This document shows, piece by piece, positions 45,957 through 55,989 of a stretch of DNA of 64,000 nt (the first letter of the stretch is position 1; every line of letters begins with the position of its first letter). A program made the translations under genes and the position numbers. The notes below the pieces were generated by a model, which was not told the DNA's origin, ran no database searches, and saw only the letters and a program-made list of their open reading frames with translations. Origin of the DNA: Candidatus Dormiibacterota bacterium (GTDB lineage: Bacteria; Chloroflexota; Dormibacteria; Aeolococcales; Bog-877); the NCBI GenBank assembly GCA_027339635.1, contig DAHWNZ010000004.1:12348-76347 (forward strand), in the 5' to 3' direction.

Positions 45957-47327
45957 TCAGCTGGCGACCACGACGGTCGTGCCCATGGGGGTCCAGGTGT
46001 AGGCCCACTGCATGGTGGCCTCGGGCGTCTGGACACAACCATGGCTGGCGTCCGGTCCATTCTGCGAGTTGGGCCCATAGACCGAGGTCGGCTCCCAGGG
46101 CGCGTCGTGGATGTAGTAGCCACCCTGGTCGAACTCCATGACCCAGTGGACGGGACTGGTCGGGTACCAGAATGGGGACCCCGGAGGCCAGGGGGAGATG
46201 AACACGTAGGGCGATTGCTTGTCGAAGATGTGGAAGGTCCCCGTCGGCGTCCGCAGCTGCGCCCGGCCGGTTGTGACCGGAGTCGCCCTGACGGCGCAGC
46301 CGTTGTCGTAGAACACCATCTCCTGCAGGGAAAGCGAGATGTAGATGGACTTTCCCGAGATTGTCGTGTGCCCGCACTGGTCCGAGGCCAGACTCTGCTG
46401 GGTCTCCTGCTCCACCGTGTTCAGGGTCTGCTGGACGGCTGCCAGCTGCGAAGCCGTCTGAGCCGCGTCCAGCGCTTGTTGCGACGCCTGGTAAGCGGCC
46501 AGGTAGGTGGCGGAATTCGGCGTCTGTTCCGCGGCCGCCTGATCCACGACGTCCATCGCGCTCAGCGACTGCGAGATCAGCTGGTCATTGAGCCCGATCT
46601 CGGCTCTCAGCTGGGTCAAAGCGGAGCTGAGAGCCGCGGTCTGCGATGTGCCCGCCTGGTTCAGGGACAGCGCCTGGCGCAGGGCGGTGGCATCCTCCGG
46701 CACCTGGAGGTCCGACAGGTTGTCGCTCTTGGCGATCGCCTCCAGCTGCGCCGCCTCCTGAAGCAGCCCGCCCGGGGCGCTGGCTACGCTGACGTTGGAC
46801 GCCGCCTTGGCCTGGGCCGCCTTCACCTGTGACTGGACTTGGCTGAGGCTCTGCTGGATCTGCGAGACCAGCGACTCCAGGGCCCCGGGCGTGCTCGCGG
46901 ACACCACCTGAGCAGACCATGTGGTCTTCTGGTGAGACGTGGCCTGGCCCAGCCAGGCAGTGTTCTTCTTGACGAATTCCTGATAGCTGGTGAGATAGGT
47001 CCTGGCCTGGTCACGCGCCTGGCGCAGCGCGTTGGCCCAGTCCTGGCTGGCCGTCTTGCGAATGGTGCCGATGGCCTGGGATTGCCCGGACAGGAGGTAG
47101 GTGGGAGACCACCAGGTGGCGGTGTTGACAGCTGTGACCTTGGCCAGGAGCTGGTCGGCCGTCTTGGCGGGCAGGCCTTCGCTCCGCTCCTTCGCCAGCT
47201 GGCTGATCAACTCCTGCTTCTGCTGCTTGAGGCTGGACGACCCGTGGTAGGCCAGGGGCAGGTCCGCCGCCGCCACCACCACCAGACACACACCCACCCC
47301 GATTGCTACCCGCCCAGCCCTTCGCAT
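45957..47327 (-). CDS. L,D-transpeptidase (YkuD domain) with long Gln/Ala-rich N-terminal region
   Basis: C-terminal TPTGTFHIFDKQ...YIHDAPW...ASHGCVQ (catalytic Cys). N-terminal TM anchor. ATG 47327 is preceded by AGGAGA. Confidence 0.8.
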   Translation of the reverse strand: MRRAGRVAIGVGVCLVVVAAADLPLAYHGSSSLKQQKQELISQLAKERSEGLPAKTADQLLAKVTAVNTATWWSPTYLLSGQSQAIGTIRKTASQDWANALRQARDQARTYLTSYQEFVKKNTAWLGQATSHQKTTWSAQVVSASTPGALESLVSQIQQSLSQVQSQVKAAQAKAASNVSVASAPGGLLQEAAQLEAIAKSDNLSDLQVPEDATALRQALSLNQAGTSQTAALSSALTQLRAEIGLNDQLISQSLSAMDVVDQAAAEQTPNSATYLAAYQASQQALDAAQTASQLAAVQQTLNTVEQETQQSLASDQCGHTTISGKSIYISLSLQEMVFYDNGCAVRATPVTTGRAQLRTPTGTFHIFDKQSPYVFISPWPPGSPFWYPTSPVHWVMEFDQGGYYIHDAPWEPTSVYGPNSQNGPDASHGCVQTPEATMQWAYTWTPMGTTVVVAS

Positions 47328-47421
47328 CAGATCTCCTGCTTCGGCAGAGCGGCTCGATGACCGCCCGGCATCCCAGTGCTGTAACTCCGCAAAGTGCCCA
47401 GAGGTAACGCTGCCGCGTTGG

Positions 47422-48210
47422 TCATGTGGCCAATCCCTCGGCCAGCTCCGCCAGCTCTGACCCGAGCCCGAAGCGACTGCCGGCTGCGACTGAATCCAGG
47501 TACCGGCCGGCCCACTCATCGGTCAGCTGCTCGACCACCTCCCGAAGCCTTCTGCCCTGGTCGGTGGGGAGTCCCATCGAGTCGAGGATCTCCCGCTTCT
47601 GCAGCTCCTCCACCGCGGCCTGCACCTCCGACTCCTCCCATTTGAAGCCCTTGGAGAGAAACGCCACACTCTGACCGCGCCAGACCGCTGTGAGCGCCAT
47701 CAGCTCGAGAGTGGTCAATCCCAGGCTCGCCGCGGCGCGGTAGTGCCCGAGCGCGCGGTCCTCGCGGACAAGCATGGCATCCCTGATCGCATCCCGGGGA
47801 GCGTCCCCCAACCTCGGCCATCGCGCCCAGCCCCTGGGCAGGGCCCCCTCGGGCTCGATCCGGTCGGCCAGGGTCGAGATGGCGCCGAGAGGAGCGTTGG
47901 GGGCGAGTCTTCGGAGGGCGTTCCCGGCTGCGGTGAGGGCCTTCTCCACGTAGGCCGGAGGGTCAAGGGCAATGCATCTCGGCAACAGGTGGTCGATCAA
48001 GGAGCGCGGAGCGACATAGACCTCATCCGCCCACAGGTCTGGTTCGATGACACCAAGCCGGCTCGTGAGGTAGTGGGGGAACCCGAGCGACTGGCTGGTC
48101 TCAGCCAGACTCCGGACCTCCGGCTCGGAGCGCGTGAAGAGCCACATCAGGTGACAGAGCCGGTCTGCGGCCCGGGACACCCTCTGCACCAGTTCGGGAT
48201 CTTCGGTCAT
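47422..48210 (-). CDS. Hypothetical protein, possible C-terminal winged helix
   Basis: Coding-like composition. LTTLELMALTAVWRGQ...EVQAAVEELQKREILD resembles a wHTH. Family not recognised. Confidence 0.5.
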   Translation of the reverse strand: MTEDPELVQRVSRAADRLCHLMWLFTRSEPEVRSLAETSQSLGFPHYLTSRLGVIEPDLWADEVYVAPRSLIDHLLPRCIALDPPAYVEKALTAAGNALRRLAPNAPLGAISTLADRIEPEGALPRGWARWPRLGDAPRDAIRDAMLVREDRALGHYRAAASLGLTTLELMALTAVWRGQSVAFLSKGFKWEESEVQAAVEELQKREILDSMGLPTDQGRRLREVVEQLTDEWAGRYLDSVAAGSRFGLGSELAELAEGLAT

Positions 48211-48685
48211 GCCTCCTCCTCTGCTTGCTCGGCCTGCGGCGACCTTGGCGAGCCCGCGATGCCACAGCGCTCCTCGTCGCAGCCAGGTCGGGATGGTCTT
48301 TGGGCGGCGGCCCGCAACCTCTCACCTTCCGCGCCGGCCGATGGCGGCGGTGTGGCTGAGTCTCCGCCACCCATGGTCCGCCGGATGCCGTGGGGCGGTG
48401 CAGGCCAGTGCGGGAGCGCCCCAGAAGGCGGCCGAGCCGCTCGAACCCAGAGGTCGGCCGACGACAATGGGCCAGCTATTCGAGAGCTCGTCCATGGCAG
48501 AGCCTCCAGCTCGGCAGCGGCAAACCCGGGCACACTCCAAGACTAACCCAAGGGGCATTCACCGCCTCGCCCGTGGGTAGAACCACGCGGGCACGAACCG
48601 TTGGGGGCATCTACCCTGGAGAGGATAGGAGTGGATTTCGCCATCACCGTGGAGAGTTGATGATGCCTGTCTTGAGGAGAGGACG

Positions 48686-51046
48686 GTGACCGCCGCCGAG
48701 GGCCCCCTGACCGCCGCGGAGCTGGATCTGCTGGACGCCTACTGGCGTGCCGCGAACTACCTGTCAGTGGGGCAGATCTACCTCCTCGACAACCCTCTGC
48801 TGCGCCGACCGCTTACCCCCAAGGACATAAAGCCGCGGCTTCTCGGCCACTGGGGGACCTCGCCCGGGCTCAACTTCATCTACGCCCACATGAACCGTGC
48901 GATTCGCCGGTTCGACCTCGATGCCATCTATGTGGCAGGACCCGGCCACGGAGGTCCCGCCCTGGTCGCCAACGCCTACCTCGAGGGAACGTACTCCGAG
49001 GTCTACCAGACCGTGGGGCAGGACGAGGAGGGTCTGAAGCGGCTCTTCCGGCAATTCTCCTTCCCGGGAGGCGTACCCAGTCACGTCGCGCCCGAGACGC
49101 CCGGATCGATCCACGAGGGCGGCGAGCTCGGCTACTCGCTCGCCCATGCGTACGGGGCCGCCTTCGACAACCCCGATCTGGTGGTCTGCTGCGTGGTCGG
49201 CGATGGAGAGGCTGAGACTGGACCGCTCGCCACCAGTTGGCACAGCAACAAGTTCCTGGACCCGGCCCAGGACGGGGCGGTGCTCCCGATTCTCCACCTC
49301 AACGGCTACAAGATCGCCAATCCCACGGTCTTGGCCAGGATCCCCGAGAGGGAGCTGACGGCGATGCTGGTCGGGATGGGCCACTCACCCATCTTTGTGG
49401 AGGGCCAGGACCCCGCCACGATGCACCAGCTGATGGCGGCGGCTGTCGACAGAGCCATTGAGGGCATCCGGGCCATACAGGAGCGCGCCCGCGCTGGTGC
49501 GCGGGAGCGACCATCGTGGCCCATGATCGTCCTGGTGACCCCCAAGGGGTGGACGGGCCCCAAGGCCGTCGACGGAGTGCCCGTGGAAGGCACCTTCCGG
49601 GCCCATCAGGTGCCGATCCCCGACGTGCGGGACAACCCCCAGCACCTGGCCCAGCTGGAGGACTGGATGCGCAGCTACCGCCCCCAGGAGCTGTTCACCC
49701 AGAGTGGCCGCCTGCGCAGCGACCTGGCGGACCTGCCCCCCCGGGGCAACCGGCGCATGAGTGCCAACCCGATCTCCAACGGCGGCGGCCTGGAACGGGC
49801 CCTGGACATGCCGGACTTCCGCGACTACGCGGTCGCCGTCCCCGCCCCGGGAGCCACCACCGCCGAGGCGACCAGGGTCCTGGGCAGCTTTCTGCGAGAC
49901 ATCATCGCGCGCAATCCGCACACCTTCCGCCTCTTCGGGCCCGATGAGACCAACTCCAACCGGCTCAACTCGGTCTTCGAGGTGACCGACCGGGCCTTCG
50001 ATGGATCGCTAGTCGCTGGAGACGATCACCTGGCGCCTGATGGCCGGGTGATGGAGGTCCTCTCCGAGCACCTGTGCGAAGGCTGGCTCGAGGGTTATAT
50101 CCTCACCGGCCGCCACGGCCTGCTCAACTCCTATGAGGCGTTCGCCCACATCGTCGACTCCATGTTCAATCAGCATGCCAAGTGGCTGAAGGTGACCCGC
50201 GACATCCCCTGGCGGCTGCCTCTGCCATCCCTCAACTACCTGCTCAGCTCCCACGTCTGGCGCCAGGACCACAACGGGTTCTCCCACCAGGACCCCGGGT
50301 TCATCGACCATGTGGTGAACAAGAAGGCCAGCATCATTCGGGTGTACCTGCCACCGGACGCCAACTGCCTGCTGTCGGTCGCCGACCACTGCCTGCGCAG
50401 CCGCCACTATGTGAACGTGACGGTCATCGGCAAGCAGCCCCAGCCCAACTGGCTCACGATGGAGCAGGCCGTCCTGCACTGCACCAAGGGGCTCGGCATC
50501 TTCGACTGGGCGAGCAACGACCAGGGGGGGTTGCCCGACGTGGTCATGGGATGTTGTGGAGACGTGCCCACCCTGGAGACCCTGGCGGCGGTGGACCTGA
50601 TGCGCCAATACCTACCGGACGTCGCGGTGCGGGTTGTCAACGTGGTGGACCTGATGCGGTTGGAGCCCAGCACGGAACACCCCCACGGAATGTCGGACGC
50701 GGAGTTCGACTCCTACTTCACGACCGATCGGCAGGTGGTCTTCGCCTACCACGGATACCCGGGGCTCATCCACCGCCTGACATATCGGCGGACCAATCAC
50801 GCCAACTTCCACGTCCGTGGCTACAAGGAGGAGGGCACGACCACAACGCCCTTCGACATGGTGATGCTCAACGACTTGGATCGTTTCCACCTGGTGATGG
50901 ATGTCATCGACCGGGTGCCCCATCTCAGCTCGCGTGCGGGCCATGTGCGCCAGCTGATGGAGGATCGGCGGCTCGCGGCCAGGGCCTACACGAGAGAGCA
51001 CGGCGAGGACCCCCCCGAGATTCAGGAGTGGTCCTGGCCGCAGTGA
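48686..51046 (+). CDS. xfp: Xylulose-5-phosphate/fructose-6-phosphate phosphoketolase
   Basis: [37 protein letters not shown], about 786 aa. GTG start after GAGGAGAGGA. Confidence 0.92.
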   Translation: MTAAEGPLTAAELDLLDAYWRAANYLSVGQIYLLDNPLLRRPLTPKDIKPRLLGHWGTSPGLNFIYAHMNRAIRRFDLDAIYVAGPGHGGPALVANAYLEGTYSEVYQTVGQDEEGLKRLFRQFSFPGGVPSHVAPETPGSIHEGGELGYSLAHAYGAAFDNPDLVVCCVVGDGEAETGPLATSWHSNKFLDPAQDGAVLPILHLNGYKIANPTVLARIPERELTAMLVGMGHSPIFVEGQDPATMHQLMAAAVDRAIEGIRAIQERARAGARERPSWPMIVLVTPKGWTGPKAVDGVPVEGTFRAHQVPIPDVRDNPQHLAQLEDWMRSYRPQELFTQSGRLRSDLADLPPRGNRRMSANPISNGGGLERALDMPDFRDYAVAVPAPGATTAEATRVLGSFLRDIIARNPHTFRLFGPDETNSNRLNSVFEVTDRAFDGSLVAGDDHLAPDGRVMEVLSEHLCEGWLEGYILTGRHGLLNSYEAFAHIVDSMFNQHAKWLKVTRDIPWRLPLPSLNYLLSSHVWRQDHNGFSHQDPGFIDHVVNKKASIIRVYLPPDANCLLSVADHCLRSRHYVNVTVIGKQPQPNWLTMEQAVLHCTKGLGIFDWASNDQGGLPDVVMGCCGDVPTLETLAAVDLMRQYLPDVAVRVVNVVDLMRLEPSTEHPHGMSDAEFDSYFTTDRQVVFAYHGYPGLIHRLTYRRTNHANFHVRGYKEEGTTTTPFDMVMLNDLDRFHLVMDVIDRVPHLSSRAGHVRQLMEDRRLAARAYTREHGEDPPEIQEWSWPQ

Positions 51047-51047
51047 G

Positions 51048-52145
51048 TTGATCCCCACCCGCATCCTGGTCTGCAACGGCGGATCCAGCAGCCTCAAGCT
51101 GAGCGTGCTGGGCCAAGACGACGCCCTGCTCGCCGACCGAGAGGTGCCCGCTCAGGAGGCCGACCGCTCCCAGGAGGAGCTGGCCAGGGAGTTGGCCACG
51201 ATGGGGCCGGCCGAGGTGGTCGGTCATCGCGTGGTGCAGGGTGGCTCCAAGTTCACCAAGGCCGTCGTGATCGACGATGGGGTGCTGGCCGGCCTGGCGG
51301 AGCTGGTCTCCCTCGACCCTCTGCACATGCCGCAAGCCTTAAGGGGGATTGGGGCCGCGCGGATGGCCTTTCCCGAAGCGGTCCAGGTCGCCTGCTTCGA
51401 CACGGCCTTTCATGCCCGGATGCCGGAGGCGGCCAGGACCTATGCGCTGCCCGCCGCTTGGCGCCGACGCTGGGGCCTGAGAAGGCACGGCTTCCACGGC
51501 CTCTCCCATTCCTACTCGTGGCGCACCGCCTCACGCATCCTCGGCTCGGAGGACCTGCGGATGGTAACCTGCCACCTGGGGTCGGGAAGCTCACTGGCGG
51601 CCATCAGGCATGGACGCTCCGTCGACACCACGATGGGGTTCACCCCCCTGGAGGGGATCCCCATGGCGACCAGGTCGGGAAGCGTTGACCCGGGGCTCCT
51701 GCTGTGGCTCGAACAGGAGAAGGGGATCTCCGCGGATGAGCTCTCCGACGCGCTCGAGAACAGATCAGGGATGCTGGGGCTGGCGCGGACGAAGGACATG
51801 AGGGAGGTGGTCGAGCGGGCCGCCGAGGGCGATCCGGCAGCCTCGCTCGCGCAGGGTGTCTTCCTGCATCACCTGGTGCAGGGCATTGCCTCCATGACCG
51901 CCTCCCTGGGAGGGCTGGATGCCCTGGTGTTCACAGGGGGAATCGGGGAGAACTCAGAGGCGATCAGGCGGCTGGCGGTCGGGCGGCTCGGCTTTCTCGG
52001 GCTGGCGATCGATGAGCGGCGCAATCAGGAGCCGCCCGATGGTGCCCGCATCGAGCTTGAAGGCCGTTCCTCTCCCATCCTGATGGTGCGGGCCCGCGAG
52101 GACCTGGAGGTGGCGACCCAGGCCCGTCGCCTTCTGGCTGGTTAG
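51048..52145 (+). CDS. ackA: Acetate kinase
   Basis: ILVCNGGSSSLKLSV, RHGFHGLSH, VFTGGIGENS. TTG start lies 1 nt after the xfp stop. Confidence 0.85.
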   Translation: MIPTRILVCNGGSSSLKLSVLGQDDALLADREVPAQEADRSQEELARELATMGPAEVVGHRVVQGGSKFTKAVVIDDGVLAGLAELVSLDPLHMPQALRGIGAARMAFPEAVQVACFDTAFHARMPEAARTYALPAAWRRRWGLRRHGFHGLSHSYSWRTASRILGSEDLRMVTCHLGSGSSLAAIRHGRSVDTTMGFTPLEGIPMATRSGSVDPGLLLWLEQEKGISADELSDALENRSGMLGLARTKDMREVVERAAEGDPAASLAQGVFLHHLVQGIASMTASLGGLDALVFTGGIGENSEAIRRLAVGRLGFLGLAIDERRNQEPPDGARIELEGRSSPILMVRAREDLEVATQARRLLAG

Positions 52146-52155
52146 CGCCGGCTGA

Positions 52156-53025
52156 TCAGCCGATCTCGCCCAGGAACTCCCGGACACTCTCCGCCACCGC
52201 CGAGGGATGCTGCACGGGCAGGTCGTGGCTGCCGTTGACGAAGGCCACGCGAGCGCCCGCGGGCGCAGCCGCCCGCGCGTGCAGCGCGCGGGCCCGCTTC
52301 GTGGAGGTGCCCCGGGAGCCGTCGTCGGCCAGCAGGTAGAGCACTGGGCAGCGCACCTCCTTCCAGGCGTGCTCGAGGTCGAAGTCGTAAAGCGCCTCGG
52401 CTATCTCCATGTGACGGTTCAGGTCCAGACGCGGCCGCAACCTGGTGTCCTCACCCTCCTCAAAGTTGCCCATGATGGCGAAGAGCGCCGCATCCTCGCC
52501 GACCTCCTCGGAGATCTCGGAGGCGGCGACCAGCTGGCGCAGCTCCTCTGGGAAAAGGCCGTCCGCGGTTGGTGGCCGCATGCGCTCGCGAGCCTCCGCC
52601 CAGCTGTCCCCAAAGACCTGGTGCAGGTCGGCGACCCCGCCGTCCACGCACACGACCCCGGCCACCCCCTCCAGGTGGGATCCCAGCCAGAGGGCGACGG
52701 ACGCCCCCCAGCTGTGCCCCACCACCAGCGGCTCTCTCACGTGCAATGCCTTGACCAGCGAGACGAGGTCCGCGCCCACCTCGGCGAAGGAATAGCCGCT
52801 CGGCGGCTTATCGCTTCTGCCGTGGCCGCGCAGGTCGGGGGCGATTACCCGGTGGGGCGGGGACAGATGCCGAGCCACCAGATCCCACCACCTGGCGTTG
52901 CTGGCCAACCCGTGGAGCGCCAGGATCGGGCGGTCAGTGCCCTCGAAGACTCGGCAGGAGAGCCGGACCGCGCCGGCCTTCACGAAGAGCTCGACGGGTG
53001 AGTCGGTGCCCGGTCGGCTGCTCAT
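52156..53025 (-). CDS. Alpha/beta hydrolase
   Basis: ILALHGLASNARWW, nucleophile elbow VVGHSWGA, C-terminal GSHDLP. ATG 53025. Confidence 0.8.
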   Translation of the reverse strand: MSSRPGTDSPVELFVKAGAVRLSCRVFEGTDRPILALHGLASNARWWDLVARHLSPPHRVIAPDLRGHGRSDKPPSGYSFAEVGADLVSLVKALHVREPLVVGHSWGASVALWLGSHLEGVAGVVCVDGGVADLHQVFGDSWAEARERMRPPTADGLFPEELRQLVAASEISEEVGEDAALFAIMGNFEEGEDTRLRPRLDLNRHMEIAEALYDFDLEHAWKEVRCPVLYLLADDGSRGTSTKRARALHARAAAPAGARVAFVNGSHDLPVQHPSAVAESVREFLGEIG

Positions 53026-53029
53026 CGGT

Positions 53030-54376
53030 TCAGATGGCCTCGGAGAGGGAGGACATGAAGAAGCCGTCCACCCGCAGCGGGGGGGCCTTGACGTAGACCG
53101 AGTCCCCCATCTCGCGGGAGAGGGCGAGTTCCGCCCTTCCGATCTCGGTTGTCCTGGACAGGACCCTGACCGGGCTCTCATTGAACCGGAAGTTGTTGAC
53201 AGCCCCCACAACCTCCCCGTTCTCGATCAGGAAGAGCCCGTCCCGAGTGAGCCCGGTCAGCAGCAATGAGGATGGGTCGACGTCCCGGATGTACCAGAAC
53301 GAGGTGACCAGCAGAGATCGCCTGCTGGTGGAGATCATCTGTTCCAGGCTGGTGTCGGTGCCCCGCATCAACAGGTTCTCCGCGTCCGCGCGCACCGGAT
53401 GGTTATGGTCCTGGGCCCAGCGGCGGGGGCAGATGAGGTCCTGCTGGACTCCTCGCTCGATCCAGCTGGTGCGCGGCGCCGCCATCCCGTTGTCGAAGAT
53501 CGAGCTGTACTCGCTCGAGCGCACCGTCCTCACGAAGTCCGCAGCTGGCATCTCTGGATCTCCCGGATCGCTCTCAAGGGTCACCTCCCGGGAGTACATC
53601 TGCTCCCCAACCCGGGACGCGCCCCCGGCGGCGAAGACCGTACGGCCCTCGTCGGACCCCCTCGCGTGCATCTCCCAACCGAGCCGGATCAGCATGTCCG
53701 CCACCGCCGACGGCTCGAGGATGACCTCGTAGGGGCCCGGCGGAAGCTCCACCCTGCGCTTGGTCCATCCGAGGCGCGCCGCCAGGCGGGAGTACATCCG
53801 GGCCGCGTCGAGATCGTTCAGGGATCGGGCCATCCCGCCACTCCACACGCTGCTGAGGTGGTCCTTGGTCTTGAGGGTCATGCTGAGAGACCCCGTCGTC
53901 CTCCCACTTTGCAGGAGGACCCCGGTCCTGGTCCCCAGCAGCTCCGTCTGAGCGGAGGACTGCAAATACGCGTAGAGCTCGAGCCCATCGCGCCGGCTCG
54001 CCTCAAGGGCCGCCTCCAGGGCGGGGATCACGGCCGAGATGCCCTCATCCTCCACCGGCGGCTGTATGCCAGCCTGGCTCGCCGCCTCCAGCGGACCGAG
54101 CAGAGGCATGGCGTCCGGCGCGGGGGGCGAAGACTCCGCGCCCTTCGCCGCCTCCTCCGCCAGTCGAGTCACATCGGCAGCAGCCTGCACGTCGGCCGCC
54201 CTGACTCCGACCCGGTCGTCGGTGATTGCCGCCAACGCCGCCGAGGTGGAGTCCTCGCTTCCGCTGGTGGTCACGGTGTTGTTGGCGATCCGGCAGTTGG
54301 TGGAGCTGGCATGACTCGCCAGCACCACGGCCGCTCCCGAATCCAGCCCCTTTCCCACCACCTCTTCGAGCCTCAT
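53030..54376 (-). CDS. pmbA: TldE/PmbA-family metallopeptidase component
   Basis: PmbA_TldD fold. GLFLIENGEVVGAV, C-terminal VKAPPLRVDGFFMSS. ATG 54376 overlaps the tldD stop (ATGA). Confidence 0.8.
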   Translation of the reverse strand: MRLEEVVGKGLDSGAAVVLASHASSTNCRIANNTVTTSGSEDSTSAALAAITDDRVGVRAADVQAAADVTRLAEEAAKGAESSPPAPDAMPLLGPLEAASQAGIQPPVEDEGISAVIPALEAALEASRRDGLELYAYLQSSAQTELLGTRTGVLLQSGRTTGSLSMTLKTKDHLSSVWSGGMARSLNDLDAARMYSRLAARLGWTKRRVELPPGPYEVILEPSAVADMLIRLGWEMHARGSDEGRTVFAAGGASRVGEQMYSREVTLESDPGDPEMPAADFVRTVRSSEYSSIFDNGMAAPRTSWIERGVQQDLICPRRWAQDHNHPVRADAENLLMRGTDTSLEQMISTSRRSLLVTSFWYIRDVDPSSLLLTGLTRDGLFLIENGEVVGAVNNFRFNESPVRVLSRTTEIGRAELALSREMGDSVYVKAPPLRVDGFFMSSLSEAI

Positions 54377-55875
54377 CCTTCGGCCTCGCCGCGCACGTTG
54401 AGCACGTTGATCTGCCGAAATAGGGCGGGCGGGCAGCCGTGCGAGACGGGAGCAACCTGCTCCGGTTGCCCCTTGCCGCAGTTCATAGCCCCCTCGAGGC
54501 GCCAACTCGATGGCCCTCCGATGCCAGCCATCCGCGCCCAGAAGTCGGGCGTCCGGGACTGGTAGGCGACATCGCGGAGCTGGCCTACGAGGCGGCCCTT
54601 GTGGATCCGGTAGAAGCGCTGGCCCGTGAACTGGAAATTGAACCGCTGCTGGTCGATCGACCAGGACTTGTCCCCCCAGATGTATATCCCCTCGTCCACC
54701 TGAGACAGCAGCTCCTCCAGGGTCGTGTCGCGCTCGGGATCCGGTTGCAGGCAGACGTTGGGCATGCGCTGCAGGGGGACGTGCGCAAAGCTGTCCGCGT
54801 ACGCGCATCCGTTGGAGCGCGGCTGATCGAACCTCCTCGCCATCTGACGATTCAATTGGTATCCGACCAGAACTCCTTCTCTGATTATGTCCCAGCTCTG
54901 GGCGGACACCCCCTCGTCGTCGTAGGCGATGGTCGCCAGGCCGAACGGTTCGACCCGGTCGCCGGTCACGTGCATGAGGGGGGATCCGTAGCGCAGGGAA
55001 CCGACGAGGTCCGGGGTGGCGAAGGTGGTGCCGGCGAAGTTGGCCTCATATCCGAGGGCTCGATCCAGTTCGGTCCCATGTGCCACCGACTCGTGAATGG
55101 TGAGCCAGAGGTTGGAGGGGTCCAACACCAGGTCCTTGGGACCGGGGGAGACGGATGGCGCCGCCAGCTTCTCGCGCAGAAGGTCAACCAAGATGGGGGC
55201 CTCGCGCTTGAAGTCGTGTTCGGTGAAGTACTCGAAACCGCGGCCGACCGGGCGCGACGATGACCTCATCGTCTCCACCATCCCAGAGCCCTCCTCGTCT
55301 GGGATTCCGACCTCGAGGACGGGATGGATCCGGGCCCTCTGCTGTAGGATCCGCGAGCCCTCGGTGCTGACGAAAAACCGATTCTCCTGCACCTGCAGGC
55401 TGTAGAACTCCGCGAAGCGGGCACCCGCCGCCAGGGCGGCGTCACAAGCCTCGAGCATGAGCCCCACCTTCTCGTCGTTGGAGACTGTGATCGGATTCAC
55501 CGAGTGGGGGGCGACCCAAGTGTCCCGGTGGGGTGGCTCCTCCGCCAGCTCATAGCGCTCCGCGAGCAAGGGACGCAGGTCGCGGGCCATCCCACTAGCC
55601 CGCCCGACCGCTGCCGCGACGGCATTGGCGGTGAGCTCGCTGGAGGCGGCGAAACCGAAGGACCCGTCCACCACCACCCGGACCCCGAAGCCGCGAGGCT
55701 CAAACTCGCTCAGCGAGATGAGGTCGTGCTCCCGAACGTGAATCGCCTGGATCAGGTCGCGGTGGACTCTGATGTCGCCGTACTCAAGCCCTGGGACCGA
55801 GGACATCGCCGCGATCGCAGCGTCGGCAAGCGAGTCCAACGGCAGTTCCAAGAAGGTCGGGTCGGTGTCCGGCAT
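54373..55875 (-). CDS. tldD: TldD-family metallopeptidase
   Basis: HESVAHGTELD (HExxxH-like), GYEANFAGTTF, WSIDQQRFNFQF. ATG 55875. Confidence 0.85.
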   Translation of the reverse strand: MPDTDPTFLELPLDSLADAAIAAMSSVPGLEYGDIRVHRDLIQAIHVREHDLISLSEFEPRGFGVRVVVDGSFGFAASSELTANAVAAAVGRASGMARDLRPLLAERYELAEEPPHRDTWVAPHSVNPITVSNDEKVGLMLEACDAALAAGARFAEFYSLQVQENRFFVSTEGSRILQQRARIHPVLEVGIPDEEGSGMVETMRSSSRPVGRGFEYFTEHDFKREAPILVDLLREKLAAPSVSPGPKDLVLDPSNLWLTIHESVAHGTELDRALGYEANFAGTTFATPDLVGSLRYGSPLMHVTGDRVEPFGLATIAYDDEGVSAQSWDIIREGVLVGYQLNRQMARRFDQPRSNGCAYADSFAHVPLQRMPNVCLQPDPERDTTLEELLSQVDEGIYIWGDKSWSIDQQRFNFQFTGQRFYRIHKGRLVGQLRDVAYQSRTPDFWARMAGIGGPSSWRLEGAMNCGKGQPEQVAPVSHGCPPALFRQINVLNVRGEAEG

Positions 55876-55989
55876 GCTGCCCCCTTTGCGGCTCACTCCA
55901 AGCAAAACCCCCGGAGGATGGGGGACCAGCTGGCCCCCCATCCCTGCCGGGGGTTGTATCTCTGCGCTAGAAGAGTCTACTAAGGCACT

